Positions 1 through 10,092 of a stretch of 64,000 nt of DNA are shown in pieces. The number at the start of each line of letters is the position of its first letter. Within the stretch, counting starts at the first letter, position 1. Both the position numbers and the translations under genes were made by a program. The stretch is from IMG/VR virus record IMGVR_UViG_3300020473_000011, positions 1 through 64,000 of that record, one strand, 5' to 3'. The notes beneath the pieces are model-generated. The model was not told the origin of the DNA. It worked only from the letters and a program-made list of their open reading frames with translations, and did no database searches.

Positions 1-137
1 TACTGACCATTGACCTACTGACCATTGACCTACTGACCATTGACCTACTGACCATTGACCTACTGACCATTGACCTACTGACCATTGACCTACTGACCAT
101 TGACCTACTGACCATTGACCTACTGACCATTGACCTA
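1..137. repeat. Tandem array of a 15-bp unit (TACTGACCATTGACC) x9, probably truncated by the window start
   Basis: Nine perfect head-to-tail copies at 1-135, ending in TGACC-TAT-GGTCA (131-143). Confidence 0.97.
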
Positions 138-414
138 TGGTCATTGCTCTTCACACGCGCGACGGTTCCCGATATACTTGTATACATGTAGTGCATATCG
201 TCTTCTGACTATATGACCATATTGAGTATGACATGAGTCCCTTCTGAGATTTTGTTTTTGATGCTGAGTAGGCGCACTGTTCTTAATAACAGTGATCGAA
301 AAAAAATTTTTTAGGTATTAAACAACGTTTAATAATAGTAATAGTTAACTACTAAACGGTGAGCATAAGCTGCTTGTTAGTTAACGTTAAACATAGTTTA
401 GTACCAGTGAGGAA

Positions 415-939
415 GTGATAATGTCATTGGATATTGATGGTTTGACACTCTCTAATTTCACACTGAGATTAGACCCTACATTTGGCAAGCTAGAATTAGA
501 AGCCACCCCCGAAAATGAAGATACAGGTCTTCTTACCGCAACGTTCGAACTAGACGGCAAGCAATTTGAGTATCAAGAATGGTATTCTGTGGCAAATGCC
601 AAGGTTGAAACAGTAGACACCCTACTAGACGACAATACAGCACCGTCAGCCGTACGCCTATACGAATACTCAAGAACGCTACGCAAGCAAAGACGTAGTA
701 GACGCTTTATCGCTGAGTTAAACAAGCATATCGAATCACAAATCGGTGTCACTGATAAAACCGATAGATTTGAGAAAGCATTAAACGTTATGAAACTTTC
801 ACAAAATGCAGTGTGTAAACACCTCGGTGTGACGCCACAAGGCGTTATTAAGTGGAAGAAGACAGGTAACTTCCCTAACTGGATTTGGTACGCGCTACGT
901 GGCCTAGCTGTCGAATTAGGCCGACCACAACCACAGTAA
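415..939 (+). CDS. Hypothetical protein with C-terminal Cro/XRE-like HTH
   Basis: C-terminal LSQNAVCKHLGVTPQGVIKWKK pattern; GAGGAAG SD upstream. Confidence 0.65.
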   Translation: MIMSLDIDGLTLSNFTLRLDPTFGKLELEATPENEDTGLLTATFELDGKQFEYQEWYSVANAKVETVDTLLDDNTAPSAVRLYEYSRTLRKQRRSRRFIAELNKHIESQIGVTDKTDRFEKALNVMKLSQNAVCKHLGVTPQGVIKWKKTGNFPNWIWYALRGLAVELGRPQPQ

Positions 940-1066
940 ACACCAGCCCGCGAATTGCCACCCGAGTACGTGAGCCTGCGCTCACGTACTCGAACATAGG
1001 AAAACCAACCCAAACCTGATCGGGATCGGGATCGAAACCCAAACCGCAGCCCTCTAATAATATATG

Positions 1067-1095
1067 TTGCAAAAGTGGCTCTAAGCCACTATAGT
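1067..1095 (+). promoter_or_regulatory. Sigma70-like promoter with a palindromic operator in the spacer
   Basis: TTGCAA-17 bp-TATAGT; AGTGGCT-CTA-AGCCACT at 1074-1090. Confidence 0.6.
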
Positions 1096-1136
1096 AAGCT
1101 CACTAACCGAAACTTGAGATATGTGAGTGCATCGCA

Positions 1137-3185
1137 ATGGAATTACCTGACTTTAAACGAGCTTACTCCCAGCTAAAGGGCGAAAGACCGACTCAACAAA
1201 TTATCGCAGACATTACAGGCTATGAGCTGAATGCTGTAAAGAACTGGACACGACTAAACCGCAAGGTGCCTGTCCCTGACCCCGCCAAGATTGCCATGGG
1301 CTTGTATATAGAAAAGCTAAAGTCTAGTAAGTCGATGACATTAGCTGTACTTGATGCTGTCGGAACGGGGAAATCCCCTGTAAGCATTGAGGACAGCTGG
1401 GATAAAGGGGAGGCATTCTTCTCTCACCTAAAGAAGCTGCCAATAAACAGCTACGATGGCCGCGACTGCTTCCCGATAGACTCGGCGCAAGAGGTTGTCC
1501 AAAAGCTTGTTGAACTTGACCCCAGTGAGTTTGTCGCGCGTTCGTATGTCACAGCTCTAATGAACAGTGTAATGCCTCACGTGCGGTTCCCTGTCAACAA
1601 GATACTCTATGACAGTGCGTGTGCTGAGTGGCTATCGCATTTCAAGGCACTACACGAACATCAGAAAGAAGTGTGCGGTGATGAGTTGAGTATGTTTATC
1701 AGTAAGGTTACGTCTTACATGAAAGATAAATCTATTGAGGTTCCGACTAATCAAGACATTGTTGCGAAACTGCTGGTAGATGCACTGTATGCGACCGATA
1801 TGCAAATTGATTGGCTGTACGCTTACGAAGGGGAGCCTATGCCTGTGCGTAGGTACTCTAATCAACTCTACCTGTTCCCTTCAATGGATGTACTTGAGCG
1901 TGAGGTGATCTCAGGGAAACTACCCTATGGCGTGCATATCTGCGGTGTAAAGATTCAAGGCCAATTTGGGCGACCTGCCGCAGCTAACATGATTGTATGC
2001 AACACACCTAACAGGGGCTTTGTACTGTCGAATATGAACTTTTCTTTTTCGATGAATGATATGGAGTCGCGGAACGAGGATCGTATGCAGTCGAGCTATT
2101 GGGTGTCACCGACCACACACTACCCTTCTTGGAAAAATGAAGACGACCTACCTTGTGCGGACGATGCGTACCCTTATGCCTTTGGTAACATAGCCTCGCT
2201 GTCGGGTGAACAGGCATTGTGGGCGTATATGACTATGGAGCTTGCTGTCATGCGCTGCCTACAGGTTGAGCCGACTGGCCGCTCGGTGTCACTAAAGCTT
2301 TTAGAGGCTGTAAGTGATGATTCTGTGCGCACGACGCTGCCTGCTGTATGGACTAAGCCGTTTGACCCTACGCTACCGACAATAGCTCAAATGCTGGAAA
2401 CTCTGGAAGGTCACCCTAATTACAAGTGGATGGCAAGCTTGTTTGATGGTCTTTCGGATGAGGTATTACTGCCTGACGTGGAAGCTCTTGGTTTTGATGT
2501 ACGCGCACGCAAAGCTATACCTGAGACCTACGACCACGAGAAAAGCTCTGAAATAAACCGATACGGAAACTCTGCTACACCTGTGTATGGGAGTGTACAA
2601 CCGTTCACGATTAACTTATATCCTAGGCCGACAGGCGTATTCGGGAACGAGGCTGCTGTGAACAAGGCGCTCACCAAGATAGCAACGGAGAACTTTAACA
2701 AGCTATTGGGGGCACTCATGCGAGCCGACTGGCAGGATAATGCCGACGAGATAAATAAATGGTTTGCTGGGGCGCTCAAGCGACGGTTTGATAAAGTCAT
2801 GGCCTTTAGGAAGCGCTATGCCGATACGTGGTTCCTCTTACCACGTAAGCACTTCAAGAGTCTGCACCGTCGGCAGCCAATTAGTGGCATCTACGAGCAG
2901 TATCAACCTGTCAGTCTTGCCGATGGCGATTTGGTAAGTGACCGCTACTGCCCTATATCAATGCCTCGTATTGGCCATTATGATAGTGCGACATCAACAC
3001 ACAAGGGCTTTAAATCTAAGCGTAAGCCTAAGAATGAGTACTATGTTAATCCGATGAATACTCAGGACTTGATGGACATGTTTGACTACAAGCGCTCACA
3101 GCTGCCTAAACCTCTCCGTCACTGGCATAAGACAAAGCTGGGCGGCTGGGGACATCATGACATGACCGCATGGATTTTCGAATAA
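1137..3185 (+). CDS. Large hypothetical protein, possible N-terminal HTH
   Basis: 682-aa ORF; TQQIIADITGYELNAVKNW resembles an HTH. Confidence 0.7.
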   Translation: MELPDFKRAYSQLKGERPTQQIIADITGYELNAVKNWTRLNRKVPVPDPAKIAMGLYIEKLKSSKSMTLAVLDAVGTGKSPVSIEDSWDKGEAFFSHLKKLPINSYDGRDCFPIDSAQEVVQKLVELDPSEFVARSYVTALMNSVMPHVRFPVNKILYDSACAEWLSHFKALHEHQKEVCGDELSMFISKVTSYMKDKSIEVPTNQDIVAKLLVDALYATDMQIDWLYAYEGEPMPVRRYSNQLYLFPSMDVLEREVISGKLPYGVHICGVKIQGQFGRPAAANMIVCNTPNRGFVLSNMNFSFSMNDMESRNEDRMQSSYWVSPTTHYPSWKNEDDLPCADDAYPYAFGNIASLSGEQALWAYMTMELAVMRCLQVEPTGRSVSLKLLEAVSDDSVRTTLPAVWTKPFDPTLPTIAQMLETLEGHPNYKWMASLFDGLSDEVLLPDVEALGFDVRARKAIPETYDHEKSSEINRYGNSATPVYGSVQPFTINLYPRPTGVFGNEAAVNKALTKIATENFNKLLGALMRADWQDNADEINKWFAGALKRRFDKVMAFRKRYADTWFLLPRKHFKSLHRRQPISGIYEQYQPVSLADGDLVSDRYCPISMPRIGHYDSATSTHKGFKSKRKPKNEYYVNPMNTQDLMDMFDYKRSQLPKPLRHWHKTKLGGWGHHDMTAWIFE

Positions 3186-3748
3186 CTTGGGAGACGCTTC
3201 GTATGACTAAACTAAATGACGTGATAGAGCTAGAAAAGTTGCGCTGTAGCCGATTTTCTATCATAGGTATTTCGCACCTTGGCATTGAAGATAGCTACAG
3301 GCCATCAGAAACCTTGAAGGCTTTTCTAAGGACTGGGCGTGCGAATGTTGCTGCTGTTTTAGGAAAGGAAGACATTCGATTAGATAAAAAGCTCATAGCA
3401 CAGCTAGACGAGCCGAAAGGTTTAGACCTTATGACCTTTAGTAGCTGCCTTGATGACATACGCTGGAAAAGAAGGGGGATCGTACTGCACTTTACGATAC
3501 CGACGTGTACACCCGAAGGCCAAGGAATGATAACTGACCATTCTAAGCCACTCTTTGCCTTTGCGTATGGCGACGACTATGAGACTGCCCTGTATAAAGC
3601 GAAGGGCGTATCGGATGAGGTTGTAGCAGCACAGCTGGCATACCGCCGCGCATTTTTTGTTGATAAATCAAACGTGGTTATGGCTCATGGGGAAGGCCGT
3701 TCTATTCTTAGCAAAATGAAACAGTATTTAACAGGGTCGCGCGTTTAG
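3170..3748 (+). CDS. Hypothetical protein (start probably ATG near 3203)
   Basis: ORF follows the upstream gene; GGAG before the internal ATG. Confidence 0.6.
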   Translation: MDFRITWETLRMTKLNDVIELEKLRCSRFSIIGISHLGIEDSYRPSETLKAFLRTGRANVAAVLGKEDIRLDKKLIAQLDEPKGLDLMTFSSCLDDIRWKRRGIVLHFTIPTCTPEGQGMITDHSKPLFAFAYGDDYETALYKAKGVSDEVVAAQLAYRRAFFVDKSNVVMAHGEGRSILSKMKQYLTGSRV

Positions 3749-3782
3749 CACTCAACTCTGTTTAATCATTAACCACTTGGTG

Positions 3783-3809
3783 CGTTGTACAAATAAAGTT
3801 TGTACAACG
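3783..3809. promoter_or_regulatory. Double TTGTACAA operator as an inverted repeat upstream of HU
   Basis: CGTTGTACAAA-TAAAG-TTTGTACAACG; a third site at 3898-3905. Confidence 0.6.
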
Positions 3810-3949
3810 TATTTAAAAACCCTTGTCAATGGTGCAGTTTTCTGAGAAAGTACGGCTCAAATAGGTTGTTGCCTATTCGAGACGTACGACCAAAGGGTTG
3901 TACAATGAGAATTGAGACTAATGATTAGGGCATTGCCCGAGGATTTCAA

Positions 3950-4228
3950 ATGAATAAAGCTGAATTGATCGCTGCTGTTGCAGACCGTACTGAAACTACT
4001 AAAGCTTCTGCCGAAGCAGCTGTAAACGCTGTATTTGGTGTTATCACTGATGAACTAGCTACAGGTAGCGGTGAAGTTAAAGTAGCAGGTTTCGGTAACT
4101 TCTCTAAAAAGCACAAAGCTGCACGCACTGGCCGTAACCCTCAAACGGGTGAAGCTGTTGAAATCGCAGCGCGTAATGCAGCTGGTTTCTCTGCTGCAAA
4201 AGGTCTTAAAGATTCAATCAACAGCTAA
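3950..4228 (+). CDS. hup: HU family DNA-binding protein
   Basis: MNKAELI...GFGNF...ARTGRNPQTGEAVEI...LKD signature. Confidence 0.97.
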   Translation: MNKAELIAAVADRTETTKASAEAAVNAVFGVITDELATGSGEVKVAGFGNFSKKHKAARTGRNPQTGEAVEIAARNAAGFSAAKGLKDSINS

Positions 4229-4336
4229 TCAGCCGTTGACTTTAAGATATAAGGTCAGCGCCCTAGCCTGTCCTTAATGCTAAACAGATTCCGTGGGTTT
4301 CGGCCTACGGAATTTGTCGTATCTGGGGGTCGATAA

Positions 4337-4546
4337 ATGCCTAAATGTAACAATGACCTATGCCCTATCGGCGCTACCTGCGCCAATCTAAGAACCACGC
4401 TTGATGAGAGCGCACTGTACTTCAACCCTGTCAACACAGGGCACGGTTACACCTGTCGAAATTATAAAGCGACGGTGCCCGTTAGGTCACGCCTGAGTAA
4501 CCGCACAAATACCTTAACTAATCAAAATAAAGAATTGAGACTATGA
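4337..4546 (+). CDS. Small Cys-containing hypothetical protein
   Basis: ORF coupled to the next gene; several Cys residues. Confidence 0.45.
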   Translation: MPKCNNDLCPIGATCANLRTTLDESALYFNPVNTGHGYTCRNYKATVPVRSRLSNRTNTLTNQNKELRL

Positions 4547-6018
4547 TGAGTAATAAAAACTACCTACACACGCTAGCTCAACGCATGTCTGAGCTAGCCG
4601 AAAGCCGACAACGGTGGGAAGCCCTTTACGGGATGGAAAATCAGGCAACTGCACTGATTGGGCTAATCGAAGAGCAAAACGGCTGGTTTGACTTCACTAA
4701 CATGTCTGTTGTGAAGCAACAACAAATACCTGATGGCACAGAGGTCATCATGTATGTAGACTCAATGAACACGTGGATGAGTGGCATCGTACGCGGATTT
4801 GTTACGACTGATAACGAAAGCTACGAGACGCACTACATTGTACAAGAAGAAGCTGTCCTAGCTTATGAAGCTGTCACCCCTACCCTGATTGCACCGCGCA
4901 AGATTGAAGACTACGTGGCAGGCTTAGAGGCTATCCTATCTGTAGAAATGCCAGACGTTACTGATTACATTTTCTGGAAGTTACCGCTTGAGTGCCGCTT
5001 AGGTAAAGTTAGTAAAGTTAAACTGGATGAATCTAACGATGTGGCGCGAGTAGACATATACAATGGTGTCACGACTGATACATTCCTTTACAACGTGGCA
5101 GGTGAACCCCTGTTCGTCAGCGACGAGCATCTTAGAGACGAAGGTCTGTATCTGCGCAATACCAAAGAGGCCATGGCTGAGGCTAGGTCACAGATATTTA
5201 AAGCCTTCTATGCACCTAATAGCCAGATAGCCTCGACTGATAAGTTTTCCAGAGTACGCGCTATGCTTTTAGCGATAGAGCGTCGGTCGCCGCCAGAGGG
5301 TGCTCTTGGGCTAAGCCCACAGCAAGTACAGACGGCATTGAGCTATCGAGACCGAAATCCTACGGCTGTTACGGCAATCCCTGATGAAAAAGCGTTAGGC
5401 TTTGTCATTCAAAGCTTTGGCTATTCCAATGCTTACACTAAGCTACGTCACCATAGGTCTCGGTTCCCTTGCGCTTTCGTTGCAAAGGATTCTGAAAGTT
5501 ATATGGTTGTCGATGCGATACCTGTCGGTAACTTTGAAGCCATTGCGTATGAATCACTTATTAATTATTTAGACCGTTGCCTTGCGAAGGCCACCCCCGA
5601 ACAAATTAGCCAAGCTGGCGAAGGCTATACTGAAAACGCTAAAGATGCTGCGTTAGTTACGGCCGTAATGGGGCTGCCTTTGTGCTGCGATGCAGGCGTG
5701 GTCGACCAACTCTTGGAGGTCGACCAAGGGGTCTATCGTTTGCAGCTGTCGAACAAGTCTACAACACTTGTCAACGCACCACTTGTCATTCATTACAACA
5801 GTGAGGGCTTGCCTTTAAACCCAGTACTGGCGAAGCTCACTGAGTTCCACCTTCGAAACCAAACCATGAACCGTGAACAAGTGGCGGTCTTTATTGAAAA
5901 TAAGCTACATCGCATGAGCGCAACCGTCGACAAGACAGCGCGCGATATTGTTACTGCACTCGAAAAAGCAGGCTTATTAAAATTCGATGATAATGGCGAG
6001 GTGGTACATGGCGGCTAA
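4543..6018 (+). CDS. Hypothetical protein
   Basis: 491-aa ORF in an operon. Confidence 0.75.
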   Translation: MMSNKNYLHTLAQRMSELAESRQRWEALYGMENQATALIGLIEEQNGWFDFTNMSVVKQQQIPDGTEVIMYVDSMNTWMSGIVRGFVTTDNESYETHYIVQEEAVLAYEAVTPTLIAPRKIEDYVAGLEAILSVEMPDVTDYIFWKLPLECRLGKVSKVKLDESNDVARVDIYNGVTTDTFLYNVAGEPLFVSDEHLRDEGLYLRNTKEAMAEARSQIFKAFYAPNSQIASTDKFSRVRAMLLAIERRSPPEGALGLSPQQVQTALSYRDRNPTAVTAIPDEKALGFVIQSFGYSNAYTKLRHHRSRFPCAFVAKDSESYMVVDAIPVGNFEAIAYESLINYLDRCLAKATPEQISQAGEGYTENAKDAALVTAVMGLPLCCDAGVVDQLLEVDQGVYRLQLSNKSTTLVNAPLVIHYNSEGLPLNPVLAKLTEFHLRNQTMNREQVAVFIENKLHRMSATVDKTARDIVTALEKAGLLKFDDNGEVVHGG

Positions 6019-6511
6019 TCTTTTTAAGCCACCTGCACAAACGCCAACAACAGGAAACCCGTCAGTCTTTTTGGCGGGTACCATCGACAATGGCAATAGT
6101 GCTGATTGGCAATCTGAACTTGTGGAGGCGCTAAGGTTATATGACGTCGACTTGTACAACCCGAGGCGTGAAGAATGGGACGCCAGTTGGGAGCAGTCTA
6201 TTCACAATCAAAATTTTAAGGAGCAAGTAACATGGGAACTCGACCACCTAGATAAGTGCGATATTATCTTCATGCACTTTGTTGGTGGAAGCCAATCACC
6301 GATCACGTTACTTGAGCTAGGTCTTTATGCCGAAAAGCGCCCTAAGAACTTGATGGTCGTATGTAGCCCTGATTTCTGGCGTAAGGGTAACGTTGAAGTC
6401 ATTGCGGAGCGCTATGGCATACCGTTGTACTACGATTTCACAAAAGCGACCCGAGCACTCAGGTCTAGGCTCTCGCCGTTGATACATAGTGCGAAAACCA
6501 CTGCACCCTAG
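6008..6511 (+). CDS. Nucleoside 2-deoxyribosyltransferase-like protein
   Basis: VFLAGTID..WQ, NPRR, QVTWELDHL and SPITLLELGL motifs; ATG 6008 preferred over track start 5987. Confidence 0.85.
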   Translation: MAANLFKPPAQTPTTGNPSVFLAGTIDNGNSADWQSELVEALRLYDVDLYNPRREEWDASWEQSIHNQNFKEQVTWELDHLDKCDIIFMHFVGGSQSPITLLELGLYAEKRPKNLMVVCSPDFWRKGNVEVIAERYGIPLYYDFTKATRALRSRLSPLIHSAKTTAP

Positions 6512-6552
6512 TGTCTTTTGACTTTACAAAGTAGCTGGACAAAGCCTATTAT

Positions 6553-8454
6553 GTGGTTATAACTAACTGTGTAATAGGCTTTTTAGTGTCTGACGCTGTC
6601 AACAAATTAGTAGAGTCCCTGTCGCATGCAACCACACAGCATGAACGCAATCTAAGCGTACTGCTCAACATGGTAAGGCATGAACGTATTTTTACAGATA
6701 ACGCACTGGCAAACCTGCTTAACTACGCAGGCACCTCAACGCTAAAAGAACACCAGCAAAAGCTTCGGAAGTACATGAAGAGGTTCGACTACTCAGATAG
6801 TTCGGTTGCCTCGTATTCAAGCCGTCTTAAAAAGCTCGTTGCGTACTATCAAGACCATTGCCTATCTGATGAATTACCGACCCAACTAAGCATTGGGGAA
6901 AAGCTTGGGCATCTTGCACGTAAAGAACTTGGCCACTGCTCTCAGAAAGCGCAGCTAGAACACCTGCATAGCCTTAGTGGCATTCCACTGCCGTCGTTAA
7001 AGCGGTGGCTTACTAAAGGTACGAAACCAACCAAGGCACATCAAGACGCACTGTTTAAGCTGGCTGACCATTTCGATGTCTCACGTAACTACTTAACGAT
7101 AGACCCCGTTGCTATGGCCTCACCAGCTACTACCCGTATCGCAAAAGATTCAGTCAAGGCACTGCCCAAGGTTATTTGGGGTGGTCACTTACAGGGTCAG
7201 CTCGACAAGCTCTTGCTTTTCAAGACTAAGGCGCGAACACCCGCGTTATCACTGGCGTCCTTTAAACTGAATCGACGCGAGGCTCAAACACTCGTAGGTG
7301 GTGCTCGTTGGACAACGAATGCCGATGGTAGTAATGCTTCGGGTCAAAACTTTGAACGGATGCTTGACCGCTATTTTCGCTGGTTGTGCTCTAATTATGG
7401 TCTTGAGGCGGAGCAGCTTGACCTCAGTATGTTGCTGGTGGCCGAGTACCTAGAAGCTTATGTGGATGATTGCCTCGATGGTGAGTTCTACGCCACCTTG
7501 CAGACAACATTAAACTTACTTTCAGGCTTAATTGATCCGTTCCAAGGCTACCTTTGCCGCTACCACGCACCATTAACGGGTTATCCTCTCGGAGACGGGC
7601 AAGAGTCCGAGTACTTCGACCAACTAAGTATATGGCAAGAGCACGCCAGTTATATTAATAGCCAAGTTAAGACATGGTTACGTGATGTTCGCCACTTAAT
7701 GGCCGAGCAGCAACATGACAGTGACGACGCAGGTAAGCGGAATATTGGTTGGCTTCTTGATAGCTTAGATAGCACACTAGACCAAAGTGTTGCCGACGTT
7801 CGTCAACTGTCCGCTGATTTAAGCCAGCATAGCAAGCGCCTGACAGGTATTAATCGTCTTGCGCCAGCCCAAGTCAGCCTTTGGCTTCTTATGAGCTTAG
7901 AAGCGCCCCTGCGTGTCTCTAACTGGTGCGCCTTAAAGTTCTCCGACAAAGACCGTAGCAAAGAGCCAATTCTCTTCCGTGATAGTGGGCGTTGGCGTCT
8001 ACGTGTGCCCCGCAGTTACCTCAAGAACAGGCGTGGTCGTGAAGTTGAGGCAATCGATCAGGTTCTTAGTAACCCTCTGATCGGCGAGCTTATCGAACAG
8101 GTTCTCAATTACCGCAAAGAGCATAAAATAGAGACGGATGCAGTCTTTGTACAGACGCGATCAAGTAAGCATCGTAGCGCAGGCGAAGCCTACCAAAGAA
8201 CAGCATTGGCAAAATCAATACAAACTTGGACGGGACGAGCCGCATTCACGCGCTGGCCTGACCGCGACGTGGGGCGTGGCATCAACCCTCATGGTATGCG
8301 ACATTTTGTAGCGAGTTACGTTCTAGATAAGACAGGTGATTATAGACTCGCGGCTACGAGCCTAATGGATAGCGTGGCTGTGGTCATGAATGTCTATGGT
8401 AAAAATGACCACAGCCTAAATCAGAAGAAGCTCGCGGAGCTTCATCGGGTGTAG
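6553..8454 (+). CDS. Large tyrosine recombinase/integrase-like protein with an internal HTH
   Basis: PLRVSNW (R), HGMRH (HxxR), terminal Tyr in VMNVYGK; internal SGIPLPSLKRW HTH-like segment. Confidence 0.8.
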   Translation: MVITNCVIGFLVSDAVNKLVESLSHATTQHERNLSVLLNMVRHERIFTDNALANLLNYAGTSTLKEHQQKLRKYMKRFDYSDSSVASYSSRLKKLVAYYQDHCLSDELPTQLSIGEKLGHLARKELGHCSQKAQLEHLHSLSGIPLPSLKRWLTKGTKPTKAHQDALFKLADHFDVSRNYLTIDPVAMASPATTRIAKDSVKALPKVIWGGHLQGQLDKLLLFKTKARTPALSLASFKLNRREAQTLVGGARWTTNADGSNASGQNFERMLDRYFRWLCSNYGLEAEQLDLSMLLVAEYLEAYVDDCLDGEFYATLQTTLNLLSGLIDPFQGYLCRYHAPLTGYPLGDGQESEYFDQLSIWQEHASYINSQVKTWLRDVRHLMAEQQHDSDDAGKRNIGWLLDSLDSTLDQSVADVRQLSADLSQHSKRLTGINRLAPAQVSLWLLMSLEAPLRVSNWCALKFSDKDRSKEPILFRDSGRWRLRVPRSYLKNRRGREVEAIDQVLSNPLIGELIEQVLNYRKEHKIETDAVFVQTRSSKHRSAGEAYQRTALAKSIQTWTGRAAFTRWPDRDVGRGINPHGMRHFVASYVLDKTGDYRLAATSLMDSVAVVMNVYGKNDHSLNQKKLAELHRV

Positions 8455-8463
8455 AACTATTCC

Positions 8464-9903
8464 CTAGCTAGACGCTATAGATGACGCCGAGTGAATAACA
8501 TCGTTGATGCCTTTTTGACGTCCTAGTTCATGACCTTCATCAAAGTGCTTATCTAAAATTTTTATAAACGTGAGTACGTCTGGGCTATTTAGCTTGCTTA
8601 ACTGTTGGGTTAATGTCTGGTTCTCGATAACTAAATTTGAATACTCTTGGTGGTATGCAGCAAGGGCTTCAATGTGTACTAATGACGACTTGTAAGTATC
8701 GTCGGCAAGTTTTTCAAAGTTAGTACATGCTTTAGTCTTGTGGACGTCAAGTCGCTTCGCAGTTATAGCTCTATCGGCAGCCTTTGAAACAAGACCCTTT
8801 GAAGTTGAAGGGGTATAGTTTGTGGCCAAGCTTAACTCTAGGCCGTTAAGTACATCAGACGTATGAAGCTTTAGGCTTAGAGCAGCAGTGTTGCGCGCAG
8901 TTCTCCACCATAAGTTAGCTGCCTCTTGAGGACTAGCACCAAGTCTCTCTTTAAAGTCTGCGTCCAGCCGTTCCAAAGTTTTAGAGCTTTGGTCAGCTGC
9001 AAATTTACGAACTTCGCTTCGGCAATTATCAAGAGTATCTAAATCGACCACGCCCATAGCAAACGTAGCTACTTTCGCTATGTTGGCCTTTTGCTTATTT
9101 GATTTGTCTTCGTGTAGTCGTACGTAGTTTGCAAAAAGATAAAGAAGTCGTATTTGGTCAGCACCACCCGCAGATAATAGGCTTTCATCAATGATTTTTG
9201 ACTTTTTAGGGTTGTCACCACTCTTTAGTGTGTAAACGACATCTAAAGCGCGTGTGAATGGCTCACGCCCATGCTTGATAAGCAGTTCAACAAGTGCGCG
9301 TACACAGCGTCGTCTTCCTTTTGCAATTGGACAATGGTCATCCGTTTTTGTATTACCTACCACGTAGTTATAAAAGTTAACAACGGCATAATCATAGGTG
9401 TTATCGGTACCATCAAAAAGCCCGACTAATCGGAGATATTCATAGTGTGGTATAGACGAGGAAGCGAATTTTCTTAACGCTTTCGTGGTGGGGTCACTAC
9501 TTTTGTCTAGCGCTTTAATTCGACTCTTTAAGACATCACGGGCAGCCTTACACTTTGCTTCTACTTCGTCATCAGTCATGGAACTGTCGAGGCATTCTTG
9601 TTCGAGTTTATGCAGTAGTTTTGTGACCACATCAGGGTCACTCTTATAGCTCAGCAGATTCAGAATACCAGACCGTGCACGGCCGTGCGACTTACCATTA
9701 ATATCTACGTGAGGTAGGTATTGCTTAGGGTCAGTAGCATTTATGGTGTAACATAAGTGCCTATTTGATAGACCTCGTAGGTAGTTCTTTACTTCGTCTG
9801 CGGTGGTAGGAAATGCAGTCCCCTCTGCGGCCTTGTGGCCAATAATTTCCATAGTCTCTAAAGTTTTGCTGCTCGCAACTGGAGAGCTTTCGGTAGTAGT
9901 CAT
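8464..9903 (-). CDS. Hypothetical protein
   Basis: 479-aa ORF convergent with the recombinase. Confidence 0.75.
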   Translation of the reverse strand: MTTTESSPVASSKTLETMEIIGHKAAEGTAFPTTADEVKNYLRGLSNRHLCYTINATDPKQYLPHVDINGKSHGRARSGILNLLSYKSDPDVVTKLLHKLEQECLDSSMTDDEVEAKCKAARDVLKSRIKALDKSSDPTTKALRKFASSSIPHYEYLRLVGLFDGTDNTYDYAVVNFYNYVVGNTKTDDHCPIAKGRRRCVRALVELLIKHGREPFTRALDVVYTLKSGDNPKKSKIIDESLLSAGGADQIRLLYLFANYVRLHEDKSNKQKANIAKVATFAMGVVDLDTLDNCRSEVRKFAADQSSKTLERLDADFKERLGASPQEAANLWWRTARNTAALSLKLHTSDVLNGLELSLATNYTPSTSKGLVSKAADRAITAKRLDVHKTKACTNFEKLADDTYKSSLVHIEALAAYHQEYSNLVIENQTLTQQLSKLNSPDVLTFIKILDKHFDEGHELGRQKGINDVIHSASSIASS

Positions 9904-10092
9904 ACAAGTGTACCTTATCTATTTATCATTAGTATCAATTACTAAGCGATTATGTCTTATTACATATTAGATGGCAATAACGAAAAGCACTGTAAGGTAG
10001 TGTTTTAGAGGGAAATATGTTTGTGAGTTTGCCTTTCACTGAAAGGTAGATGGCTCAAAAGGAGGGGGTCTCTAGTTTTGAGCCTAGCTAAC

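Noticed and set aside
1-137. CRISPR array
   Set aside because: Units are contiguous 15-mers with no unique spacers, and no cas genes were seen.
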